This document shows, one piece after another, positions 37,186 through 45,077 of a DNA stretch of 64,000 nucleotides. This DNA is from an uncultured Acidobacteriota bacterium (lineage in GTDB: Bacteria; Acidobacteriota; Vicinamibacteria; Vicinamibacterales; 2-12-FULL-66-21): positions 425,478-489,477 of the forward strand of contig CAVXUR010000004.1 of NCBI GenBank assembly GCA_963764925.1, written 5' to 3'. Made by a program: the position numbers and the translations under genes. The notes under the pieces were generated by a model. That model did no database searches and had not been told where the DNA came from. It worked only from the letters and a program-made list of their open reading frames with translations. Each line of letters begins with the position of its first letter. Position 1 is the first letter of the stretch.

Positions 37186-38789
37186 GATCCGTAGCGCAGC
37201 ACCATCGCGGTAATGTCGTCGTTCTGCGCAGCGCCTTTGGCGAACTCACGGACGTCGCTGAACACCGCTTCGAGGAGCTGCTGCGGCTCGCGCGCAAGGT
37301 TGCGCTGGACGACGGCAAGGATCCGGCCCTCGCCGTATTCTTCCCCGCTGGCCGACAAGGCCTCCGACACACCGTCGCTGAAGACGATCAGCCAGTCGCC
37401 GGGTGACAACGTCACCGTTTCCTCTTCGTAGTTCGCGCTCTCGAACAACCCGACGATCGGCCCGCCGCACTCCAGGCGGCGGAACCCGTTCTTGCCGACG
37501 ACGAGCGGCGGGTTGTGCCCGGCGTTGCAGTACAGCAGCTGGCCATTGGCGAAGAGCGAGCCGTACATCAGCGTCACGAATCGAGATTCGATGCCGCGGC
37601 GATAGAGCGCGAGGTTCACCTTGCGAATCGTGCGCGACGGAGAGTCGCTGCCGGCGGCTTGCGCGGCGAACATGCCCTGCATCATCGCGCTCAGCAGGGC
37701 CGCGGGCGGACCCTTGCCGGCGACATCGCCCAGCGCAAATCCGAATGAGCCGTCCGACAGGTCGACGTAGTCGTAGAAATCGCCGCCGATCGACCGGCAC
37801 GGAAGCGACGCGGCTGCGGCGCGGAAGTAGGCACCGGAGCGGCCGGCTTTCGGCAGCAGCGCCTGCTGGATCTCGGCCGCAATCCGCATTTCCTGTTCCA
37901 TCCGCGCCTTCTCCATCGTTTCGCGATAGAGCCGCGCGTTTTCGATGGCGACGGCAGCCTCCGTCGCGAGCGTTTCGAGGGCGGCGCGCGTGGAGTTGGA
38001 CAAGAGCGAGCCCTTCTCGCGGCTGTCGAGATAGAGGACGCCGATGCGGCGTTCCTCGCCGACGGCCTCGGCGCGATCGAGATACCGGACCAGCCGCAGC
38101 GGGACGCAGAGCACGTTGCGGATGCCGAGCGCGACGGTGCCCATGTGGACGTTCGCCAGATCGCCGTCGAGGAGGTCGGCGACGATCCGCGGCTCACCAG
38201 TGCGGAAGACTTCCTCCGGGATCTTGCGGCTCGTGGCAAAGCTGCCACCGGGAATCGAGCTACGGCCGCGCGAACGTGCCATTTTGAACTCGAGCTCGTC
38301 GGTCGACGCGGCCAGCATGATGAAGCCGCGCTCGGCCCCGCTCACCTCGATCGCCGAGTCGAGCACCAGCGCCAGCACGTCGTCGAGGACGCGGCCAGAG
38401 CCGAGCGCGCGCAGGCCCTCGAGGAGCGCGGCAATCTGGCGGAGGTCGCCAATCGCCGTCGTCGTGGCCTTGTCTTGTGCGGGCGCGCTGTCGGCGAGCA
38501 GGAAGACCATCTCGGCGCCGCCGCTGCGGCCGAGCCGAATGCGGTCGCCGTGGACGAGCGGACGCTCGCTGACCTGCTCGCCATTGACGTAGGTCCCGTA
38601 ACGGGAGTTCTTGTCGCGAATCAGGAACTGGTTGTCCTGAGAGTCGATTTCGGCGTGGTCGCGTGACACTTCGCTGCCGGCAAGCCGGAGATCGTTGGTT
38701 TCGCGTCGCCCGATTTCGAAATGTCCTTTCGAGATCGGGACGATGCGCCGGCCCAACGCGTCTGTCACCTCGAGGCGGGCATCGGACAT
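37182..38789 (-). CDS. FHA-GAF-PP2C(SpoIIE) serine/threonine phosphatase
   Basis: The Met at 38789 opens the protein. The FHA domain reads FEIGRRETNDLRLAGSEVSRDHAEI...FLIRDKNSRYGTYVNGE. It is followed by a GAF region and a SpoIIE region: IGGDFYDYVDLSDGSFGFALGDVAGKGPPAALLSAMM, YCNAGHNPP and NDDITAMVL. The frame is intact. Confidence 0.9.
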   Translation of the reverse strand: MSDARLEVTDALGRRIVPISKGHFEIGRRETNDLRLAGSEVSRDHAEIDSQDNQFLIRDKNSRYGTYVNGEQVSERPLVHGDRIRLGRSGGAEMVFLLADSAPAQDKATTTAIGDLRQIAALLEGLRALGSGRVLDDVLALVLDSAIEVSGAERGFIMLAASTDELEFKMARSRGRSSIPGGSFATSRKIPEEVFRTGEPRIVADLLDGDLANVHMGTVALGIRNVLCVPLRLVRYLDRAEAVGEERRIGVLYLDSREKGSLLSNSTRAALETLATEAAVAIENARLYRETMEKARMEQEMRIAAEIQQALLPKAGRSGAYFRAAAASLPCRSIGGDFYDYVDLSDGSFGFALGDVAGKGPPAALLSAMMQGMFAAQAAGSDSPSRTIRKVNLALYRRGIESRFVTLMYGSLFANGQLLYCNAGHNPPLVVGKNGFRRLECGGPIVGLFESANYEEETVTLSPGDWLIVFSDGVSEALSASGEEYGEGRILAVVQRNLAREPQQLLEAVFSDVREFAKGAAQNDDITAMVLRYGS

Positions 38790-38854
38790 GGGATCAGAAA
38801 TTATTGCACTTTTTGCGGTTTCGCAACGGGAGTCGGCGAATCTGGCCCAAAACC

Positions 38855-39136
38855 TCAGCGCCGGCGAAGAATGCGGAGCAACAGAATGACAATGGCCGCG
38901 CCGAGCGCCAGGCCGGCGGCAAGTTGCGGCAGTTCGGGGTTTGCGGCTGTCCGCGCCGCCTGCCCCATGTAGAGCGCCAGCAGCACGAGGACGATGAGGA
39001 CACCCGCCGAGAGGAGCGGATTCCCTCGCGCCTTGACCGGGACAGCCTTCCGAACCGGATCGGTCGTCCCGGCTCCACATCGAAAGCAGACGATCGCTTT
39101 GTCGGCAATCTCGGTGCCGCACTGCTTGCACTGCAT
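38855..39136 (-). CDS. Zinc-ribbon membrane protein
   Basis: MQCKQCGTEIADKAIVCFRCG (CxxC...CxxC) is followed by two TM helices. It lies upstream of the PP2C gene on the same strand. Confidence 0.55.
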   Translation of the reverse strand: MQCKQCGTEIADKAIVCFRCGAGTTDPVRKAVPVKARGNPLLSAGVLIVLVLLALYMGQAARTAANPELPQLAAGLALGAAIVILLLRILRRR

Positions 39137-39309
39137 TCCCTTTACTCTACCCCGGTTTTTGCGTTGTCATTGGCGGTAGGACGTCCTCGCGGACCTCTTA
39201 ACAGGAGCTCAGGAGATCAAAAGGCTTCATCAAAAACCAAACGTCCCCAGAACTCCTAATCTCCTGTAATCGTGTGCCTGCGAGTCAATTCGTGCGATGC
39301 AGACTCTGT

Positions 39310-40164
39310 TTAGTTTCGCGGTCGCGGCCGTAAGATCGGTCGTGCCGCGGCCATCAGCATCAGCACCAGCCCGAACGTACAGACGATCGTCGCCCCGGTC
39401 GGCAGATCGAGAACGAGCGACAGATACACGCCGAGCGCCGACACAATCGTGCCCATCGTCCAGCCGATTGCGAGACGCCGGCCGATGCTCTCCGCGTAGA
39501 GCATCGCGGCCACGGACGGAACAATCAGGTAGCAGAACACCAGCAGCACGCCTGCGATCGAGACCGATGAGGTCACGACGAATCCGAACGACGCGTAGAA
39601 CAGGAAGTCCCAGAGCCGGACGTTGAGGCCCGTGGCCTCGGCGTGCTCGTGGCTCATGGAGATCGCCAGGAAGGGCTTGCGATAGACGTAGTGAAAGAGG
39701 CCCACGGCGCCGTACAGCCCGGCGGTCTTGAACACGTCGTGCCAGGACACCGCGATGATGTTGCCGACCAGCATGTCCTTGAGGTGCTCGGCCTGCGATG
39801 TCGACTTGCTCATCGCGAGAATTGCCGCGGCCGATGCGACCGCGTACGAGATGCCGATGATCGCTTCCTGGGGGATGCGTGCGTGCTTGGTCCGGACGAA
39901 CGAGAAGATCGCGGCGCCGATGAACGTGAAGGCGAGGCTGACCCAGTAGACCGACCGCGAGTGCGGATCGCCGTCGGAAAACGGCATCAGCATGGCGATC
40001 GTCGCGCCGAGCGCGGCGATCTGCGCGAGCGACAGATCCACGAAAATGACGCCCCGCTCGACGACGTGAACGCCCAGATAGGCGTGGATGCCGGTCAGGA
40101 TGAGACTGGCGGCGAACGGCGCCGCCAGGAACTCGGCGATCTGCAGAGCGGTCAGATCGCCCAT
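39310..40164 (-). CDS. Metal (Zn/Mn) ABC transporter permease, ABC-3 family
   Basis: This is an intact 284-aa polytopic protein with LILTGIHAYLGVHVVERGVIFVDLSLAQIAALG and IVPSVAAMLY, typical of ZnuB/MntB-type permeases. Confidence 0.9.
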   Translation of the reverse strand: MGDLTALQIAEFLAAPFAASLILTGIHAYLGVHVVERGVIFVDLSLAQIAALGATIAMLMPFSDGDPHSRSVYWVSLAFTFIGAAIFSFVRTKHARIPQEAIIGISYAVASAAAILAMSKSTSQAEHLKDMLVGNIIAVSWHDVFKTAGLYGAVGLFHYVYRKPFLAISMSHEHAEATGLNVRLWDFLFYASFGFVVTSSVSIAGVLLVFCYLIVPSVAAMLYAESIGRRLAIGWTMGTIVSALGVYLSLVLDLPTGATIVCTFGLVLMLMAAARPILRPRPRN

Positions 40165-41076
40165 TACCGTGTCGCGCCCGTCTCTTTGATGGCCGTCACC
40201 AGCAGGTTGACGTCATAGTCGAACAGCTGCAGGTAGGTCTGCGACCTCCCTGACACCGCCGACTGAAGGCGGCATCACGAGCACTTTCGCGCCGGTGTCG
40301 CGCGCGATCTTGTTTGGCGTCTGAAGGTCGAAGTACGGCTCGACCAGGATGATCTTGATCCCCTGGCGCTTCATCTCCTGCGTGAGCTCGAGCTGGTGCG
40401 CTGGCGACGGAGGAATGCCCGGGCTTGGGCTCGACGTAGCCGATCACGTCGAGACCGAATACCTCGGCAAAGTTCGGCCACGAGCGGTGATAGGTCACGA
40501 TCTTCAGGCCTTTGTACGGAGCCATCGCAGCCTGCCAGCGCTTCTCCGCTTCGGCCAGGCGCCGATCGAAGTCGGCATACCGGCTGCGCGAAGTAGGCCG
40601 AGTCGGCGGCGCTCAGCGACGTCAGCTTGTCCTGAATCGCCTTGGCCATGAGCCGGCCGTTGCGAGGGTCGAGCCAGTAGTGCGGGTTGCCGAGCGGGTG
40701 GACATCGCCCATCGCGCGCGTCACCTGTCCGGTAGGCACGTCGAGGATCCGGGCCGTCGACGAGGCGTCGAGATACGCCTGCCCCCCGGGCTGGATCTTC
40801 GGGTTGCGGCTCTGCGTGATGAGCGGCGGCAGCCATCCCACTTCGAGCTCCCGACCGACCACGACGAGGAGGTCGGCATTGTGGAGCTTGATGACGAAGC
40901 TGGGCTTCGCCTCGACGAAGTGCGGATCCTGGTAGCCCTTCGCCAGCGCCTCGACCGACACCTTGTCGCCGCCGATCTCCCTGACGAGCGCGGCCAGATC
41001 CTCGGTGGACGTGATGATGTTGATGCCCGCGCGGGCGTGGACGCAGGATGGCGGGCGCGAGCAATCAGCTTCTCAT
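40164..41076 (-). CDS. Metal ABC transporter substrate-binding protein, ZnuA/TroA-like (several frame changes; start approximate)
   Basis: Pieces: INIITSTEDLAALVREIGGDKVSVEALAKGYQDPHFVEAKPSFVIKLHNADLLVVVG, GDVHPLGNPHYWLDPRNG, LKIVTYHRSWPNFAEVFGLDVIGYVEPKPG, QEMKRQGIKIILVEPYFD and the tail QTYLQLFDYDVNLLVTAIKETGATR-TAA. The stop overlaps the permease ATG (TAATG). Confidence 0.8.
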
Positions 41077-41220
41077 GATGCCGTTAGCTGCCGCCGGTCG
41101 ACTCTGCTGATTCGCGCGGGGCCCCGCCCACGAGCTGCGCAGCGCTCGCTTCAGCTCGGCCGCTGGTAGCGCTCATACCGACTTGTGGCCCTCAGTCCGG
41201 TCGAGCACTGCTTCGCTCAG

Positions 41221-41307
41221 ACTCCCGACTCGGACTCCGACTCGGACTCCGACTCGACTGACTGACGACTGTGACTGACGACTGACGACTGTCGACTGTC
41301 GACTGTC
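41221..41307. repeat. Direct tandem array that switches unit: gactc[gc] x5 (6-nt) then tg[at][cg]gac x7 (7-nt)
   Basis: actccc gactcg gactcc gactcg gactcc gactc gactgac tgacgac tgtgac tgacgac tgacgac tgtcgac tgtcgac tgtcc. It lies immediately 3' of the OMP stop (41308..41310). I saw no inverted partner nearby. Confidence 0.7.
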
Positions 41308-42648
41308 CTAAAACACATGCGCCCCGTGGGCGCCGATCGAGAAAAGAAACTGGAACAGGACCTCGTTTGCCGTGACACCCTCGGCGTACCGGGTTCGCCG
41401 GTACTGGCCGCGGATCTGGCTGAACTCGCTCGGCCAGAACGTCAGCGTCAGCGATGGCCCCTTGTCGACGAGCGCGGCGTCGTAGGCGCGTTCGGACCAG
41501 TCGTAGCGGGCGCCGCCGAACCACCGGCTCGCGAACTGATACTCGCCGCTCGCATACATGCCGAAGGCGTTGACGTTGCCGCCCTCCTGACCGCGGCGGC
41601 TCCAGAAGAGTTCCGTGCGTCCCTGGAACCGGCGATAGATGGCGCGACGCAGCGGACGATACCGAACCGTCGCGTCGATCCCGACCAGCCGCGTGGTGAA
41701 ATCCGGGCCCGCGTCGTTGTGGCCGTACGCTACCGACCCGCCCACGTCGACGTTGGTCGATTCGGTCACGTCGCGATAACCGCGAAGCGCGCCCGGCCCA
41801 GCTCACGTCGCTCGGTTTGTACAGACGTGAACAGGGCCGAGTTGCCCTGATACACCTCACCGGTGGCCTCGAGGAACATGAAGGGGTTGAGGATCAACTT
41901 CGACACCGAGATGCCCGCGTCCGCCAGTCCTTCATCTCCACCGAACAGGTTTTGAATCATCAAGGGCTCGTCGACCCATGGCAGCGAATGCGCATGGAGC
42001 GTGTTCACCTTGCCGACCTGCTCCTTGAGGATGCCGACCTTGGCGAGCAGCCCACCGGGAAGCGAGGTGAGGGTCAGGAACCCTTCCTCGATCTCCACGC
42101 CCTCGGGTGAGAACGCGAGAAAGAAGTCGGCGCGCGCATAGGGATCGACGACCGCCTGAAACGTGGCCTCCGCTTCATCCAGCGCCAGCGCGGGGCTCGG
42201 GTTGACGGAGTTCTCCCCCACCGCTCCGACGAAGTTCCCGATCACGGCGATGTCGGGGTTGAAGATTTTCGAGAGCGCGCTCGTGCTGCCGTAGACCGGA
42301 AGCGAGCCCGTCGGGCCACCGGCCCCTCCCGCGCCGGACGGGACCGGAACTTCGGCCGGGACAGTCGGCGGTGCGGGCGGAGCGGGTACGGGCGGGGCCT
42401 GGCGGCGGGCTGCGGCCGGTGCCGACGGCGCCCCTATCGTCGCCAACTTCGCTTCGAGCGCCGCGAGCCTCGCGGCATAGTCGTCGCGCACCGCCTCGAA
42501 TTCTTTCCTGAGCTTGTCGAGCTCCGCCCGGACTCTCCTGCGCCTGCGGCGCCGGCGACTGCGCGGCGGCCGGAATCGACACCGCTCCTACACCCCCAGC
42601 GCACATCACGATGCGCACGGCCCTGACGAATGAAGACGTCAATGCCAC
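41308..42648 (-). CDS. Putative outer-membrane beta-barrel protein with N-terminal coiled coil (frame broken)
   Basis: The N-terminus MALTSSFVRAVRIVMCAGGVGAVSIPAAAQ is a signal peptide, followed by the coiled coil RDDYAARLAALEAKLATIG and a Pro/Ala linker. Alternating-residue barrel segments follow (ADFFLAFSPEGVEIEEGFLTL; GMYASGEYQFASRWFGGARYDW). The protein ends EVLFQFLFSIGAHGAHVF-stop. Confidence 0.55.
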
Positions 42649-42741
42649 CTGTACCTCCTGAGATCGGAAACAGGACTCCCGTCTGAACTGCGAACGGATT
42701 TACCCGGACGCGTGGCCCGGATCGTTTTGTGAAACGGCGAG

Positions 42742-43029
42742 TCAGCCGAAGACGGGTGGCGATCGTCCCGACGATGCCCGGAGGGGAGCGGAGGGGCGGC
42801 GGTCGGCCGAGAGGAGGAAGGCACGGCCGGCATCTCGCATGCCGACGCCGTCGAGCCCTGCTGCCCAGCCGGCAGTTTCTCCTGTCGAGGCGACGACACA
42901 GGTCGTGCAGTGGGTCGAGGATTTGAGATGGCAGAGAACGTCGTGGTGCGCCAGAGGCAGGAGCGCAGACGCCAGGACGTACGCCGCGAGCAGCACTCGC
43001 GCGAACACGCCGCACCTGGACGGACTCAT
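42742..43029 (-). CDS. Hypothetical signal-anchored His/Cys-rich protein (DUF2946-like?)
   Basis: MSPSRCGVFARVLLAAYVLASALLPLAHHDVLCHLKSSTHCTTCV has a cluster of His and Cys residues directly after a hydrophobic helix. It lies upstream of the OMP gene on the same strand. The family assignment is tentative. Confidence 0.35.
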   Translation of the reverse strand: MSPSRCGVFARVLLAAYVLASALLPLAHHDVLCHLKSSTHCTTCVVASTGETAGWAAGLDGVGMRDAGRAFLLSADRRPSAPLRASSGRSPPVFG

Positions 43030-43054
43030 CTCACTTTCCAGTATACAAGGAACT

Positions 43055-43230
43055 GGTTCAGGGTTCAGGGTTCAGGGTTCAGGGTTCAGGGTTCAGGGTT
43101 CACGGGTTCACGGCCGGGTTCAGGGTGCACAGTTCCTCACAATGCTGCACTAGCCCTCTCGAAACCTTGAACACTGAACGTATGAACCCTGAACCGTGAA
43201 CCTTGAACCATGAACCGTGAACCATGAACC
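43055..43230. repeat. Inverted pair of GGTTCAG / NNTGAAC heptamer arrays (GGTTCAG family, locus 1)
   Basis: The left arm has six perfect ggttcag units (43055..43096) followed by degenerate units to about 43135. The right arm (43161..43230) has about 9 units: cttgaac actgaac ..cctgaac cgtgaac cttgaac catgaac cgtgaac catgaac. The rhomboid ATG (43224) lies in the last unit. Confidence 0.85.
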
Positions 43231-43910
43231 GGCGTGAAAGCTATACTCCGAAGAAAGTGTTTCCGGTCAGCGACGTCATCCCGTCCCGCACCACTCCCGT
43301 CGTCACCATCACCCTCATCGCGACCAACGCCCTCGTGTTCCTCTACGAGCTCACGCTGGACGATCGCCAACTGCAGACGCTGGTGCAGAGCTACGGCGTC
43401 GTCCCGGCGCACTTTTCGCTGGTGACGCTCGTGACCAGCCTGTTTCTGCATGGCGGCTGGCTGCATTTTCTGGGCAACATGTTGTATCTCTGGATTTTTG
43501 GCGACAACGTGGAGGACCGTCTGGGCCACGGGCGGTTCGCGATCTTCTATATCGGCTGCGGGGCCGCGGCGGCCCTCGGCCAGATGGCGACGAGCCCCAT
43601 GTCTTCCCTCCCGATGGTTGGCGCCAGCGGCGCGATCGCGGGCGTCATGGGCGCCTACTTCGTGTTCTTTCCACAGTCGCGCGTGTTGACGGCCGTGTTC
43701 ATCGTGTTTTTCATGGACCTCATCGAGATTCCCGCGATCTTCTTTCTGGGCATCTGGTTTCTGATGCAGTTCTTCAGCGGCGTCGGCTCGCTTGGCGCCG
43801 ATGCCGCCCAAGGCGGGGTCGCGTTCTGGGCCCACATCGTCGGATTCGCGGTCGGAGGGTTCGTGGGAGCGCTGTGGCGAGGGGTGGAACGGAGGGGGTG
43901 GGAGTACTGA
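43224..43910 (+). CDS. Rhomboid-family intramembrane serine protease
   Basis: LFLHGGWLHFLGNMLYLWIFGDNVEDRLGH, GASGAIAGVMGAYF (GxSG) and a later His in WAHIVGFAVG. The frame is intact. Confidence 0.9.
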   Translation: MNRRESYTPKKVFPVSDVIPSRTTPVVTITLIATNALVFLYELTLDDRQLQTLVQSYGVVPAHFSLVTLVTSLFLHGGWLHFLGNMLYLWIFGDNVEDRLGHGRFAIFYIGCGAAAALGQMATSPMSSLPMVGASGAIAGVMGAYFVFFPQSRVLTAVFIVFFMDLIEIPAIFFLGIWFLMQFFSGVGSLGADAAQGGVAFWAHIVGFAVGGFVGALWRGVERRGWEY

Positions 43911-43911
43911 T

Positions 43912-44028
43912 GGTTCACGGTTCAGGGTTCACGGTTCATGGTTCAGGTTCAGGGTTCAGGGTTCAAGGGAACTCTGAACCTTGAACGTTGAACCATGAAC
44001 CTTGAACCCTGAACCGTGAACCGTGAAC
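43912..44028. repeat. Inverted pair of GGTTCAN / NTGAACC heptamer arrays (GGTTCAG family, locus 2)
   Basis: There are eight units per arm around the centre gggaact. The left arm is ggttcac ggttcag ggttcac ggttcat ggttca ggttcag ggttcag ggttcaa. The right arm is ctgaac cttgaac gttgaac catgaac cttgaac cctgaac cgtgaac cgtgaac. It fills exactly the gap between the convergent stops at 43908..43910 and 44029..44031. Confidence 0.85.
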
Positions 44029-45038
44029 CTAGGATTTAACCCGTTTCCGAATGTCCTGATTGACCCTGGCGAGCTCGATCATCAGGCGTTCGAACTCCTG
44101 TTGATACTCTGCCGGCTGGAGAAAGCTGCGGCGGACCTTGAGCTCATCGAGATCAGCCTCGAGCGCCGCGCGCTTCTGCAGCAGCTTCAGCAGCACCTCG
44201 TCAGTCGGACGCGCGCCGGGGAGTGGCTCATCGAGATAGACGTGGCTCGAGAGCGATCCATCCTCGCCGTTGCCGCCGGCGTCCCGGCCGACCCCGTCGC
44301 CATTGTCGTCGAGTAGCGCCCGCTCCGTGGAGAGCTGCCCGCGGCGCTGGTAGTGCCGCCGCACTTCGCCGGTCGCCGCGGTGAACGCCTCCCAGATGGA
44401 AATTCGATCGTTCTTGTCGATGTCGGACGCGTCGCTCCTCAGAGCTTTGATGAAGTAGTCGGGAAACACCGTGTCAAACCGTTGCGCCACCGAGTCGGTT
44501 GCGGTGATGACCACCCGGCGCTCGCCAGTCAGCCGCTCGATGAACGGAAAGCTTGCCGACGATGTGTTGACGACCACGACCCGGCCGGGCAGTCCCGCCA
44601 CGAGCTCTGCCCACTGCGCCGATTCCAGATCGGCTCCGACCAGATTGAACTTGGCGTCGACGCCATCGTAGGTGCCGTGGCCGATGAGGACGATGAACAG
44701 GAGGTCGTCGCGCGTCATCGCGCGCCGGATGGTGCTGAGATGTTGGCGGACGTTAGCGGCGGTGGACGCGGTCGACGGGTCGGGCGTATCGGTCAGCACT
44801 TTCAGGTGCGCGCGATCGATCTTCATCCGCTCGACGAGCACGGCCGCGAGATCCCGGGTCCAGCGCGGCGTACTGCGTGGCGTACTCCTGCGCCGCCGCT
44901 CGCGCCCGACGACGATGAGCGCGTAGCGCTCGCCGGCCGCAGGCTGCGTCGCGCGGCAGCGTGACGGAGCACGGCCGCTGCGCGGCTGCGCAGACGCCAG
45001 CCGACCTTCCGCTGAAGCCGGAAGCCACGGTTGGTCAT
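44029..45038 (-). CDS. Legumain/C13-like protein with C-terminal coiled coil (frame broken near the 5' end; start approximate)
   Basis: ERYALIVVG..., LFIVLIGHGTYDGVDAKFNLVGADL, VVVVNTSSASFPFIERL, RVVITATDSVAQRF and ISIWEAFTAATGEVRRHY are followed by LLDDNGDGVG and the coiled coil LLKLLQKRAALEADLDELK. The His-Gly motif is present, but the position where I expect the catalytic Cys reads Ser. Confidence 0.5.
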
Positions 45039-45045
45039 ATCTTGT

Positions 45046-45072
45046 CTTGAACCTGAACCCTGAACCCTGAAC
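45046..45072. repeat. Single-arm CTGAACC-type array (GGTTCAG family, locus 3)
   Basis: cttgaac ctgaac cctgaac cctgaac lies in the 40-nt gap between the VWA gene stop (45078) and the legumain-like start. Confidence 0.7.
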
Positions 45073-45077
45073 GCCTC

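Noticed and set aside
43040-43160. ORFs translating the arrays as GSGFRVQGSGFRVQ-type repeat peptides (also 43792..43977 and 61046..61243)
   Set aside because: A 7-nt period cycles through all three frames, and the ORFs are short by-products flanked by real genes. There is no start context and no reason to think they are expressed.
43055-44028. The tandem repeats as a CRISPR array
   Set aside because: The units are 6-9 nt and directly abutting, with no unique spacers. The arms are mutually inverted. No cas genes are present in the window.
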